A stretch of 64,000 nt of DNA from Candidatus Caldarchaeales archaeon (GCA_039630085.1 JBCNVM010000001.1:160001-224000), one strand, 5' to 3'; shown: positions 1 through 9,396, numbered from the stretch's first letter. Translations and numbers: made by a program. The notes: generated by a model from the sequence alone, not told the origin.

Positions 1-378
1 GACGCGGGGTTCGAGGGCGTGACCGCGATCAACACGCTGCTGGTCCGGGACGGGAGGCTCTCGACGGGCTTCGGGGGGCTGAGCGGGAGGCCGCTGCTGG
101 AGCTGACCTTCCGGGCCGTCTCGAGCATCAGGAGCGAGTTCGGCGAGGCCCTCGAGGTCAACGCGGTCGGAGGCGTCTTCTCGGGCAGGGACGCCCTCGG
201 GCTGCTGGCGCGCGGCGCCACGACCGTTCAGCTCTACACCGCCCTCGTCTACAGGGGGCCCTTCGTCGTCCGGGAAATACTCCGAGAGGTGGTCGAGGAG
301 CTCGAGAAGTCGGGATGCGGCGGCCTCGAGGAGCTCAGGGGATCCGTCGCTCTGGGCCGGGATCAGTCGCACCCGTGA
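1..378 (+). CDS. pyrD: Dihydroorotate dehydrogenase, C-terminal part (5' truncated by window edge)
   Basis: Open frame from base 1 with VTAINT, GGLSGRP, AVGGVFSGRDA and GATTVQLYTALVYRGP motifs typical of DHODase. Confidence 0.88.
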   Translation, partial: DAGFEGVTAINTLLVRDGRLSTGFGGLSGRPLLELTFRAVSSIRSEFGEALEVNAVGGVFSGRDALGLLARGATTVQLYTALVYRGPFVVREILREVVEELEKSGCGGLEELRGSVALGRDQSHP

Positions 379-421
379 GGAACACAAACTTTTTTACCGA
401 TCAGTTTCGCAAAGGAACAGG

Positions 422-1342
422 TTGAGCCCGCTGGGGGGAGGGAAGAAGGCTCCTGAAGAGCTAGCGGAGCTCAGGGCGATGATACAGGAGCTCCTCAACC
501 GCCTCGACGGCGTGAGCTCCGAGCTCTTAAGCGTTAAGGAGCAGCTGGAGGCAGCTCTGCGGAGGGATGAGAACCAGCTCGTCGCCCTCCAAGAGAGGCT
601 GACCAGGACCGCGGTGGAGGAGCTCCGCTCGATGAAGGAGGACCTGAACCAGCTCTTCAGGCTCGAGGCGGGCGTTATAGTCCTGAACCTCGAGAAGGTC
701 GTCGACGAGCTGAGGAACAACCTCCTCTTGGTGAAGAAGGTCCAGGAGTACCAGGACAGAATGGAAGAGTACCTGAAGATGCAGCTGAGCAGTGCCGACG
801 AGCTCGAGCGGGCCAGGAACCTCCTCGAGGAGGAGAGGGAGGCTCTGAAGGCGGAGCTCGCGAGGCTCACTGCCCTCAGGGAGGCAACGCTCAGGGCCAA
901 GCAGGAGCTCGAGGAGCGCGAGCGGAGGATAGGCGACTACGTGGCCCGGATAACGGAGCTCGAGGCCAGGAAGTCCGAGCTGGAGGGTAAGGTCAGGCAG
1001 CTCGAGGAGAGGTACTTGAGGGCGCTCGAGGAGGCCTCTTCCAGGATCGAGAGGGCCTTCTCCGACCTCGACAGGCGGTTCAGGGTCAGGGAGGCGAGGC
1101 TCATGAGGCTCTCAAGGCTGGAGGAGTCGAAGAGGGAGGAGCTCTCCAAGCTCGAGGTGGAGCGTTCCGTCCTCATGTCCTACAACGAGCAGTTCGCGAG
1201 GCTCGTGGAGGAGATCAAGAGGCTCGAGGCCAAGAAGGAGGCCCTCGAGTCGGAGATCAAGAGGCTCGAGGCCAACAGGAAGTACTACATGGAGGTCGAC
1301 GAGTCCGGCGTGGAGGAGGACGTAATAAGGGGGAGCCGCTAG
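422..1342 (+). CDS. Long coiled-coil protein (SMC-arm-like, no ATPase motifs)
   Basis: 306 aa, E/L/R-rich heptads throughout; T-rich TATA-like element at ~389-396. Confidence 0.75.
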   Translation: MSPLGGGKKAPEELAELRAMIQELLNRLDGVSSELLSVKEQLEAALRRDENQLVALQERLTRTAVEELRSMKEDLNQLFRLEAGVIVLNLEKVVDELRNNLLLVKKVQEYQDRMEEYLKMQLSSADELERARNLLEEEREALKAELARLTALREATLRAKQELEERERRIGDYVARITELEARKSELEGKVRQLEERYLRALEEASSRIERAFSDLDRRFRVREARLMRLSRLEESKREELSKLEVERSVLMSYNEQFARLVEEIKRLEAKKEALESEIKRLEANRKYYMEVDESGVEEDVIRGSR

Positions 1343-1734
1343 CCGACCCTCTTCGAGATCTTCTCAAGCAGGTCCACTGCGTAGGCCAGCAGGTCAAGCT
1401 GCTCGCTCATCTCGACCAGCGCCTCCTCGAGCCTCCTCACCCTCTCTTGGAGCGAGCGGATCTCCTGGAGGACGGCCGACCTTAGGTCCTCGTCGACGGA
1501 GGTTGGCCTCTGCGCCAGCGACGAGACGACCGACTCCAGCCTCCCGACGCGTCCCTCGACTCCGCCGAGCCTCTGCTCGTGGTCATCGAGGTACCTCTCC
1601 ACCTCGCCGAAGTAGTCGTCGTGTTCCTTGAGGGCCCTCAGGACGCCCTTCAGCGTGGGGACGCTGCCGTGCGGGGTCTCGATGTAGTCGATCTGGATCC
1701 TGTCCTCGACCTCCCGGTCCTCGGCCTCGCTCAT
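1339..1734 (-). CDS. Small acidic coiled-coil hypothetical protein
   Basis: 131 aa with ATG start; N-terminal IDYIETPHGSVPTLKG followed by heptads; convergent, stop codons share CTAG with the previous gene. Confidence 0.7.
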   Translation of the reverse strand: MSEAEDREVEDRIQIDYIETPHGSVPTLKGVLRALKEHDDYFGEVERYLDDHEQRLGGVEGRVGRLESVVSSLAQRPTSVDEDLRSAVLQEIRSLQERVRRLEEALVEMSEQLDLLAYAVDLLEKISKRVG

Positions 1735-1934
1735 CCCGCGTTCCGATCCTTCCGGCCGTAATTAAGGGCTCCCGTATGTGACCCGACGGCCGATGGTCTT
1801 CTCGTCTCCGTCTTGGCCGGTCGCTCCGCGTCTCAGAGGGTCGGGGCGCTCAAGACCAGCTTGTCCTGTTACCTCCGCGTCCCTCACGAATAGCTCTTGG
1901 AGGGTTCAGAGAGCCGGATTTCCCGGATCTCGGT

Positions 1935-1976
1935 CAAGTATCAGGGGTGATACCTAGGTATCAGTGGTGATACTTG
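1935..1976. promoter_or_regulatory. 42-bp double-palindrome operator-like element
   Basis: CAA-GTATCA-GGGG-TGATAC-CTAG-GTATCA-GTGG-TGATAC-TTG: two GTATCA-N4-TGATAC inverted repeats at 20-bp period, symmetric around CTAG, overlapping the TTG start at 1974. Confidence 0.7.
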
Positions 1977-2270
1977 CCCTTCGATGTCCTGCCCAAGACC
2001 AACAGGGAAGACATATTCGGAAGGGAGAAGGAACTCTCGAGGGTCTTCCTGAGGTCAAGCTACCGAAGGCTGATCCTGTGGGGCATCGGGAAGGGCAACC
2101 ACAGGTGGGTCGAGATCAAGCGGGCCGTTGAGACCTAGTCGGGAGCCCACGTGACCAACGCTCAGCTCACCAAGCTGCTCTGCTCCCTCGGTAAGTTGGG
2201 CTTGGTCGAGAAGGTCGGGGACTCGTACGTCCTCTCCGACCCGCTGATCGCTAGGGCGGTGGGACTCTAG
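1974..2270 (+). pseudogene. Archaeal ATPase (ATPase_2-type) + wHTH pseudogene with internal deletion and in-frame stop
   Basis: Single frame reads MPFDVLPKTNREDIFGREKEL (family N-terminus) joined to RRLILWGIGKGNHRWVEIKRAVET*SGAHVTNAQLTKLLCSLGKLGLVEKVGDSYVLSDPLIARAV (C-terminal wHTH); Walker A/B absent; TAG at 2136-2138. Confidence 0.75.
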
Positions 2271-2273
2271 CCC

Positions 2274-3314
2274 TCAGAACTCGACCATCACCTTTAGCGC
2301 CTTCCTCGCCGCGAAGAGCTCGAACCCCCTCGGAACCTCTTCAAGGGTCACGCGGTGGGTGATCACGACGCTCGGGTCTATCCTGTTGCGCGCGATGTAC
2401 GCGAGGAGCGTCTCGCCGTTCCTTATCGCGTCCCCTATCGAGAAGACGAGCCTCTTCTCCGTGAGCCAGAGCATCCCCGAAGGTATTGCGTACTCGTGGA
2501 GGTGGTACCCGACGACCGAGATCGTTCCCTTCCGCCTCGCGGCCTCGATCGCTGTCATCAGCGGCTCGACGGACCTCCCGACCGCCTCCACTACTATGTC
2601 CGCCCCCACGCCGTCAGTCATCCTCCTCACCTCCTCCGCGACGTCGACCTCGGCGGCGTTGAGCGTCGAGAGCCCGAGGCCCTCCGCCACCGCGAGCCTC
2701 TCCTTGACCGCGTCGACCATCACGACCTCCGACGCGCCCAGCAGACGCGCGAAGATCCCCGAGTAGAGCCCGACCGCACCGCAGCCTATCACGACCGCGA
2801 AGTCGCCCGGCCTCATGCCCCCTCCGACGATCGCCTCGTAGCCCGTGGCGAGGCTGTCGCCCACCGTGACCAGCTTCGCGTCGGGCACGCCCTCCGGGGC
2901 CCGCAGCAGGACCGTGTCGGCGTAGGGCACCCTCACGAGCTCCGCGAAGGCGCCGTCGAGGGTCTCGCCGTAGACCGGGCCCATCCCGTAGATGTTCACG
3001 TTCGCGCACTGCGTGTAATGTCCGCGCCTGCAAAACCAACAGGTGCCGTCGGCGATCCAGCAGGAGGAGATCACCCGGTCGCCGGGCCTGAACCTCCTGA
3101 CCGCGGGCCCTACCTCCTCGACTACCCCCATGAACTCGTGGCCCATCACGCTGCCCGGCACCGAGGTCAGCTCTCCCCTGTAGAGGTGGAGGTCTGTGCC
3201 GCAGATGCACGCGGAGGTCGGCCTGACCAGGGCGTCGGTCTCGCTCCGGAGCCTCGGCCTCTCGACCTCCTCGACCCTGATGTCGCCGGGCCCGTACCAC
3301 CTCGCGGCCCTCAT
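2274..3314 (-). CDS. Zinc-dependent alcohol dehydrogenase (MDR family)
   Basis: CGTDLH, GHEFMG, structural-Zn region with CWFC..C, GCGAVG Rossmann motif. Confidence 0.9.
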   Translation of the reverse strand: MRAARWYGPGDIRVEEVERPRLRSETDALVRPTSACICGTDLHLYRGELTSVPGSVMGHEFMGVVEEVGPAVRRFRPGDRVISSCWIADGTCWFCRRGHYTQCANVNIYGMGPVYGETLDGAFAELVRVPYADTVLLRAPEGVPDAKLVTVGDSLATGYEAIVGGGMRPGDFAVVIGCGAVGLYSGIFARLLGASEVVMVDAVKERLAVAEGLGLSTLNAAEVDVAEEVRRMTDGVGADIVVEAVGRSVEPLMTAIEAARRKGTISVVGYHLHEYAIPSGMLWLTEKRLVFSIGDAIRNGETLLAYIARNRIDPSVVITHRVTLEEVPRGFELFAARKALKVMVEF

Positions 3315-3324
3315 GCCCGACCCC

Positions 3325-3768
3325 TCAGGCGAGGAACTCCGTCGGGACCTTCTTGATCGCGTTGACGAAGGCCGCAGCCGCGGCCGCGTTCGAGAGGAGC
3401 TTGGCGACGTTCCCCTTGACCCTGAGCTGGCCGGTCATCACGGCCAGGGTCGGGCTGAGCTTCCCCTGGGCGACCTTCTTCATGTTCTCGTAGCTCCCGA
3501 CGATCACGATAGGCGCGGGCTTCTCGTCCGCGGTCCTGACGATCTCGAACTGCCTGCACTTCCCCCGGTGGAGGTCCAGCCAGGCTCCTATCTGCTCGGC
3601 CCCGAAGTACTCCCTGACGGCGGGCGGGAGGTTCGTCATCAGGAGCGTTATGGGGTCCTCCCAGTCCTTCGCAGCTGAGTTGTACTCGGGATCCCCGTTC
3701 AGGACCTCTACGAAGCGCTCGAACCACTCCCTAGAACCGAAGACGAACCTCCGCTGCTCCGACGACAA
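3325..3768 (-). CDS. SCP2 sterol/lipid-binding domain protein
   Basis: FGSREWF N-terminus and GKLSPTLAVMTGQLRVKGN SCP2 signature. Confidence 0.85.
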   Translation of the reverse strand: MSSEQRRFVFGSREWFERFVEVLNGDPEYNSAAKDWEDPITLLMTNLPPAVREYFGAEQIGAWLDLHRGKCRQFEIVRTADEKPAPIVIVGSYENMKKVAQGKLSPTLAVMTGQLRVKGNVAKLLSNAAAAAAFVNAIKKVPTEFLA

Positions 3769-3904
3769 GCCAACGCGTAATCCCGTCTCGGTTCATTTAA
3801 GCGTTCGAGGCCGATCGGCGCGAGAGCGGCCGTCCCTCGGGGCGGGGCCCCTCCCGGTCCGCGCCTCAAGGGTCTTTAGGAGCCGAAGGGCCGGAGTCCC
3901 GGGC

Positions 3905-5065
3905 TTGGGTCAACGGGAGCTCCCTAAGGTCGGCGACGTGATGAGCAGGCGGTTCGAGGCGGTCCAGGCCGACGATCCCCTGATCAGGGTCGCGAGCGTC
4001 TTCGCGGAGAAGGACGTCGACGTGGTTCTCGTGCTCTCGGGCGACCAGCTCGTGGGGCTGATCACGGAGAGGGTCCTCCTCAGGCCGAAGCTCAACCTAC
4101 AGCAGGTCAAGGCTAGGACCTTCGCGATCCCGGTGCCGAGGCTGAGGCCGGAGGACGGCGTCGCGAGGGCAGCCAAGCTGATGATGGAGAACAACATCAA
4201 GGCCCTCCCGGTGGTGGAGGACGGCTCCAGGCCCGTGGGGGTCGTCGGGGTCTTCGACCTCCTCGAGGGGTGCAGGGAGCTGCTCAGGGGCTACAAGGTC
4301 AGGCAGGTGATGACCGAGGACCCGATTACGGTTGGGGCCGACGAGAGCGTCGGCAGGGCCGTAGCCCTGATGAGGGACGAAGGCATCTCCAGGCTCCCGG
4401 TTGTCCAGGACGGAAGGCTGGTGGGAATAGTCACGCTCCACGACCTCATCGTGAAGGTCCTAGGGCCGAGGTACAGGTCGACCGTTGGCGAGGTCCTCGG
4501 CGAGAAGGTGCCGACGCTGGGGACGAGGGTGAGGGACGTCATGAACAGCCCCGTGATCACCTGCTCCCCCAACGACGAGCTCCTCGAGACCGTGGAGAAG
4601 ATGAGGCACTACGACGTCTCGTGCGTCGTGGTGACGGAGGGCCAGAGGGTCGTCGGGATACTGACGAGGACCGACGCGCTGGAGCCCCTCGCCTCGATGG
4701 GTGAGGAGGTAGCCGGCGTCCACGTCCAGGTGACGTTCAAGCTGGCGAACGCGCCCAGCGAGCAGGAGAAGTCGAGCGTCCTCGAGTCGGTGAGCTCGTT
4801 CGTGAAGAGGTACGGGAGCACGATCGGCGTCGGCACGATCACCCTCCACTTCAAGGAGCACAAGGAGAAGCACGGCGACGTCCACCTGATCCACTGCAGG
4901 GCGAGGCTCAACACGGACAGGTACAGGATAGTCGCGGTGGGGGAGGGATGGACGCTGACGCTGGCCGCGAGGGCCGCGCTCCACAGGATCGAGAGGCAGC
5001 TCACGGTCAGCAAGGAGCTCGAGGCCCGGTACGACTGGCTGACGGACCTGGCGGAGAGGTATTGA
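3905..5065 (+). CDS. Four-CBS-domain protein with C-terminal HPF/RaiA-like domain (putative Hib-type ribosome hibernation factor)
   Basis: Two CBS pairs (VGDVMS, LPVV, VGIVT/VVGILT) then a beta-alpha-beta-beta-beta-alpha module ending AARAALHRIERQL; likely TTG start at 3905. Confidence 0.8.
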   Translation: MGQRELPKVGDVMSRRFEAVQADDPLIRVASVFAEKDVDVVLVLSGDQLVGLITERVLLRPKLNLQQVKARTFAIPVPRLRPEDGVARAAKLMMENNIKALPVVEDGSRPVGVVGVFDLLEGCRELLRGYKVRQVMTEDPITVGADESVGRAVALMRDEGISRLPVVQDGRLVGIVTLHDLIVKVLGPRYRSTVGEVLGEKVPTLGTRVRDVMNSPVITCSPNDELLETVEKMRHYDVSCVVVTEGQRVVGILTRTDALEPLASMGEEVAGVHVQVTFKLANAPSEQEKSSVLESVSSFVKRYGSTIGVGTITLHFKEHKEKHGDVHLIHCRARLNTDRYRIVAVGEGWTLTLAARAALHRIERQLTVSKELEARYDWLTDLAERY

Positions 5066-5571
5066 GGATCGCGGCTCCCGAGGGAGGGGAGGGCAAGGCT
5101 GCGGTCGGAGCGATCTTCGACCCCGAGGGTGGAGTGCTGGTCGTGAAGAGGGCCGCGAGGGCCGACGATCCCTGGTCCGGCCAGTGGGCCCTGCCCGGGG
5201 GGAGGTGGACGTGGGGAGACCTGGACCTCTGGGAGACCGCGAGGAGGGAGGTGCTCGAGGAGACTGGCATCGACATCGAGGCGCTGGAGCCGATCGGGTG
5301 GTTCGGGCCGGTATCGCCGATGAACAGGCCCGAGCTGAGGGTCCACGTCGTCGCCCTGAGGGCCGGTTCGAGGCCTAAGGTCAGGTTGAGCGAGGAGCTC
5401 GTCGACTTCAGGTGGGTCAGGCCCTCCTCGATGAGGAGGTCCACGGTCAGGGTCCTGACTTCGTTCGGCGAGAGGGAGGTGGAGGCGCTAGTGGAGGGGG
5501 ATGTCCTGGTCTGGGGCCTCACCTACCGGATCCTCGGAATGCTGCTCTCGTCGGGCGTCGCGGTGGGCTGA
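5062..5571 (+). CDS. NUDIX hydrolase (CoA pyrophosphatase-like)
   Basis: DPWSGQWALPGG...TARREVLEETG Nudix box and VWGLTYRIL; TTG start overlaps the upstream stop. Confidence 0.88.
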   Translation: MRIAAPEGGEGKAAVGAIFDPEGGVLVVKRAARADDPWSGQWALPGGRWTWGDLDLWETARREVLEETGIDIEALEPIGWFGPVSPMNRPELRVHVVALRAGSRPKVRLSEELVDFRWVRPSSMRRSTVRVLTSFGEREVEALVEGDVLVWGLTYRILGMLLSSGVAVG

Positions 5572-5578
5572 GGCCGCC

Positions 5579-6256
5579 TCACGGGTCCAGCTCGGCGCGG
5601 CCGACCAAGAGCCTCCCCGAGTAACCGTCCCAGGTGCTCGTCCATTCGAGGAGCTTCAGCCTCTCCCTGAAGGTCGGCGCCCAGAGGACCAGCGTCTCGT
5701 AGTCGCCTCCCTCGCCGTCGGGGTCGAACCCGAACCTCTCCGACCGGGCCAGGAGCTCCCTCAGCGCCTCCGAGTCGATCCTCCTGCCTATCCAGCTTCT
5801 GTCGAGGCCGTGCGCGGAGACCGAGGAGACGACGACCTCGTAGCCCCTCCTCACCGCCTCTCCGACGACCGATCCCGGGGGCATTCCCCAGTTTGGGGCG
5901 ACGTGTTCGAGCCCGACCTCCGCCAGCATCGCGTCCATCCTCGACTTCTGGTAAGCGCTCCTGATCACCCCCGTTACCACCCCCTCTAACCCCAGAGGCC
6001 CCGCGAGCCTCGAGAGGAACTCCCCGAGGGCCTCGACCTCCCTCTCCTTCCCCGGCGGGACCTTGACGAACCTCTGCGGCAGGCCCATAGAGCGGGCCTG
6101 TAGCGGCGTGACCTCCAGGCAGACGTCGTGGAAGGCGTAGGAGTGGGGCTCTGGCAGGACCGTGACCAGCTCGACGACCTCGTGTCCCGCGGCCAGCGCC
6201 TTCTCGAGGGCCAGCGTCGAGTCCTTGCCTCCGGTGAAGAGCGCGACGACCCGCAA
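5579..6256 (-). CDS. dph6: Diphthine--ammonia ligase (PP-loop ATPase)
   Basis: FTGGKDS PP-loop, SAYQKSR, GEGGDYETLV. Confidence 0.85.
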   Translation of the reverse strand: MRVVALFTGGKDSTLALEKALAAGHEVVELVTVLPEPHSYAFHDVCLEVTPLQARSMGLPQRFVKVPPGKEREVEALGEFLSRLAGPLGLEGVVTGVIRSAYQKSRMDAMLAEVGLEHVAPNWGMPPGSVVGEAVRRGYEVVVSSVSAHGLDRSWIGRRIDSEALRELLARSERFGFDPDGEGGDYETLVLWAPTFRERLKLLEWTSTWDGYSGRLLVGRAELDP

Positions 6257-6335
6257 CCCACCCGAGTCCCCTCTCCGCCGAGATAACGTTAGCAGCCGTT
6301 GCAGGCTTAAGTGCGAGCTGCTATTGGTCGCTGGG

Positions 6336-8834
6336 ATGAGGACGTATCCCTACGCGAGGCCCGGAAGGGACTTCGCCTATCCGGAGTACGGCTCGGTCTA
6401 CCCGCAGGACCGCGGCTACGCGGTCAAGCACGTCAGGCTTGAGCTCCGGATCGACTTCGATGGCAGGAAGCTCTTCGGCGAAGAGGAGATCACGGTCGTG
6501 AGGAACGGCGAGAGGCCGGGCCCGATCGTCTTGGACGCGTGCGAGCTCGAGATCAGGAGCGTCACGGTCGACGGCGCCGAGGTCCCATGGCACTACGACG
6601 GGAACTCGCTCTCGGTCGAGGTGCCTGGGAGGGAGGCGAAGATCAGGGTCAGCTACGTCGCGGTCCCGAGGAAGGGCTTCCACTTCGTCGGCCCGGACCA
6701 GGCCAACCCCGACAGGCCTCCCCACTGCTGGAGCCAGGGCGAGACCGACTACAACAGGTACTGGATGGTCCTCTACGACCACCCTTCGGTGAAGCAGACC
6801 TCCGAGCTGATCGTCCGTGTCCCGAGGGGGATGGTCGCGGTCTCCAACGGCGACCTGGTGAGGCACGAGACCCTCGACGGCGAGGAGGTCTGGCACTACA
6901 GGATGGACGTGCCCCACTCCGCGTACCTGATCAGCGTCGCGGCGGGTCATTTCGAGGTCATCGAGGAGGAGCACAGGGGCGTGAAGCTCCAGTACTTCGT
7001 CCCGAGGGGGTGGAAGGACAGGGCACACCTTTCCTTCGGGAAGACCGCGAAGATCGTCGACTTCCTCAGCGAGTACCTCGGATACCCGTACCCGTACAGG
7101 AAGTACGCCCAGGTTGCGGTCAGCGAGTTCATCTTCGGGGGGATGGAGAACACGACGGCCACGACGCTCACCGACCTGACCCTCCACGACGAGAAGGCCC
7201 ACGAGGAGTTCTCCAGCGACCCGCTAGTTGCCCACGAGCTCGTCCACCAGTGGTTCGGGGACCTGGTGACCTGCAGGGACTGGCCCCACATCTGGCTGAA
7301 CGAGAGCTTCGCCACCTACCTCGAGAACCTCTTCGTCCTCCACGACAAGGGCAGGGACGAGTTCGTCTACGAGGTCCTCAGGGACATGGACGCGTACCTC
7401 CAGGAGTACAGGGACAAGTACGCGAGGCCGATCGTCTCGAGGGTCTACAGGTACCCGACGGAGCTCTTCGACGGCCACTCCTACCCGAAGGGGGCCCTCG
7501 TCCTCAACGCGCTCAGGGGACTGATAGGCGACGGGGCGTTCAGGAGGGCGCTGGGCGAGTTCCTGAGGAGGTACGCGTATAGGGTGGTCGACACGGAGGA
7601 CTTCAGGAAGGTCGTTGAGGAGGTCTCCGGGAGGAACCTCGAGCTCTTCTTCGAGCAGTACGTCTACAACGCAGGGCACCCGGTCCTCTCGGTGGAGGAG
7701 GAGTACGACCAGCCGACTGGGACGCTGAAGCTCAGGTTCAAGCAGACGCAGGGCGAGGACTCGCTCCCCGAGTACTGGATACCGCTGAAGGTCCTAGTGA
7801 GGCTGAAGGGAGGGTACAGGGAGTTCAGGGTGGAGCTCAGGTCGAAGGAGGAGGTCGTGGCACTTCCGGTCCCGGAGAGGCCCGAGTGGGTCTGCATCGA
7901 CCCGCACCTCGAGTCGTTCGCGGTCCTCGAGAGGAAGCTCGGCGACGAGGTTTGGATCAGGATCCTCAGGGAGGACGAGCACACTTACTGCAGGCTCCTC
8001 GCGGCGAGGGCCCTTGGCAGGATAGGGAGCGCGAAGTCGATCGAGGCCCTCCACCAGGTCCTCACCGACGGCGAGGCCTTCTGGGGGCTCGCGGCCGAGG
8101 CTGCGAAGGCCTTGGGCGCGACGAGGAGCGAGATGGCGAAGGAGCGACTCCTCTCGGCGCTGAGGACGGTCAGGAGGCCGAAGGTGAGGACCGCGGTCTG
8201 CGAGGCCCTCTCGAACTTCAGGGGCAGGGACGTTGCGGAGGCCCTGAGGTTGGTCCTCGGGGACGCGAACGAGGGCTACTACACGAGGCAGGCTGCGGCC
8301 ACGTCGCTGGGCAAGGCGGGGGACGAGTCGGACATCGACGAGCTGACCGCTCACCTAGAGGACCCCTCGCACAACAACGCGATCACGATCGGTTGCCTGA
8401 GGGGCATGTCGGAGATCGGGGGCGAGAGGGCCCTCGAGGTCGTAATGAGGTACACGATGCGCGACAAGCCCAGCCACGTGAGGGCCGCGGCCGCTTCGCT
8501 CCTCGGCAGGTTCCCGGGGAGGAGGGAGGTGATCAGGAGGCTCGAGGAGCTCGCGTCCGACGAGAGCTACAGGGTGAGGAGGGCAGTTGTGGCGGCCTGC
8601 GCCGAGCTGGTCACGCCGAAGGTCCTCCCGATACTGAACAGGCTCGCTGAGTCGGACCCGTACGAGATGGTCAGGAGGGACGCGAGGGACGCCGCGGAGA
8701 GGGTCAGGAAGTCCCTCGAGCGCGGGACCGAGTACAAGGTCCTCAGGGAGGAGCTGGAGAAGGTGAGGGAGGAGAACAGGAGGCTCGTCGATAGGATGGC
8801 CGCGCTCTCGAGGCTCGTCGAGCTGAAGGGCTGA
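6336..8834 (+). CDS. pepN: M1 family aminopeptidase with C-terminal HEAT repeats
   Basis: GGMEN, HELVH...NESFA zinc motif, YPKGA; HEAT-like repeats and coiled-coil tail; ATG at 6336. Confidence 0.92.
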   Translation: MRTYPYARPGRDFAYPEYGSVYPQDRGYAVKHVRLELRIDFDGRKLFGEEEITVVRNGERPGPIVLDACELEIRSVTVDGAEVPWHYDGNSLSVEVPGREAKIRVSYVAVPRKGFHFVGPDQANPDRPPHCWSQGETDYNRYWMVLYDHPSVKQTSELIVRVPRGMVAVSNGDLVRHETLDGEEVWHYRMDVPHSAYLISVAAGHFEVIEEEHRGVKLQYFVPRGWKDRAHLSFGKTAKIVDFLSEYLGYPYPYRKYAQVAVSEFIFGGMENTTATTLTDLTLHDEKAHEEFSSDPLVAHELVHQWFGDLVTCRDWPHIWLNESFATYLENLFVLHDKGRDEFVYEVLRDMDAYLQEYRDKYARPIVSRVYRYPTELFDGHSYPKGALVLNALRGLIGDGAFRRALGEFLRRYAYRVVDTEDFRKVVEEVSGRNLELFFEQYVYNAGHPVLSVEEEYDQPTGTLKLRFKQTQGEDSLPEYWIPLKVLVRLKGGYREFRVELRSKEEVVALPVPERPEWVCIDPHLESFAVLERKLGDEVWIRILREDEHTYCRLLAARALGRIGSAKSIEALHQVLTDGEAFWGLAAEAAKALGATRSEMAKERLLSALRTVRRPKVRTAVCEALSNFRGRDVAEALRLVLGDANEGYYTRQAAATSLGKAGDESDIDELTAHLEDPSHNNAITIGCLRGMSEIGGERALEVVMRYTMRDKPSHVRAAAASLLGRFPGRREVIRRLEELASDESYRVRRAVVAACAELVTPKVLPILNRLAESDPYEMVRRDARDAAERVRKSLERGTEYKVLREELEKVREENRRLVDRMAALSRLVELKG

Positions 8835-8839
8835 AGGGC

Positions 8840-9148
8840 TCACCGGTCGATCGGGATCCTGTTGACGGCGCCGCAGTTGCCGCACGTGACCACCACGCAC
8901 CTCGTCCTACCCCTCTTCACCCTGAACCTGGAGCCCTCCGTGAACCTGTAGAGCGAGATGCACCTCCTGCAGATCAGCCTCGAGTACCTCCTCGGCATCC
9001 CGGTCCTCGTCCTCCTGCAGAGCTCGACCGCGTGTCTGACCGCGGCCCTCCTCAGGACCTCGTCGTCGGTGCGCAGGGCCAGCTCCATCAGCCTCTCGAC
9101 CTCCCTCAGGACCGTTCTGCTCCGCTCCCTCGCCGCGTCCCTGGTCAA
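8840..9148 (-). CDS. rnp4: Ribonuclease P protein component 4 (Rpp21/Rpr2)
   Basis: Helical N-terminus plus ICRRC...VVTCGNCG zinc ribbon; basic. Confidence 0.7.
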   Translation of the reverse strand: MTRDAARERSRTVLREVERLMELALRTDDEVLRRAAVRHAVELCRRTRTGMPRRYSRLICRRCISLYRFTEGSRFRVKRGRTRCVVVTCGNCGAVNRIPIDR

Positions 9149-9208
9149 GCCCGCCGGTCCACCGCGACCGCGCCTCCGCTTTATTAGGACCCGGGGCCTC
9201 GGACTCCC

Positions 9209-9394
9209 GTGCCGAGCGTCAGGGTGATAATTCTGCCGAGCTGCACGTCCTGCAACAGGTCGATAACGCCCGAGGAGAAAGCCGTGAGGTTCCCGTGCCC
9301 GTCGTGCAACAGGGTGACCATCTGGAGGTGCGAGGTCTGCAGGGAGCTCTCGAGGACCTACGTCTGTCCAGTCTGCGGCTTCGAGGGTCCGTGA
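9209..9394 (+). CDS. Small zinc-finger protein (DUF1610/HVO_2753 family)
   Basis: Four CxxC motifs ending CPVCGFEGP; conserved position upstream of aEF-1beta. Confidence 0.88.
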   Translation: MPSVRVIILPSCTSCNRSITPEEKAVRFPCPSCNRVTIWRCEVCRELSRTYVCPVCGFEGP

Positions 9395-9396
9395 CC

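Noticed and set aside
1210-1275. Exact 24-bp direct repeat at 42-bp spacing
   Set aside because: Encodes a duplicated coiled-coil segment (EIKRLEA) inside a CDS; not CRISPR or an att site
2136-2138. In-frame TAG as pyrrolysine readthrough
   Set aside because: The gene has also lost its ATPase domain, TAG is used as a normal stop throughout the window, and no pyl genes are seen
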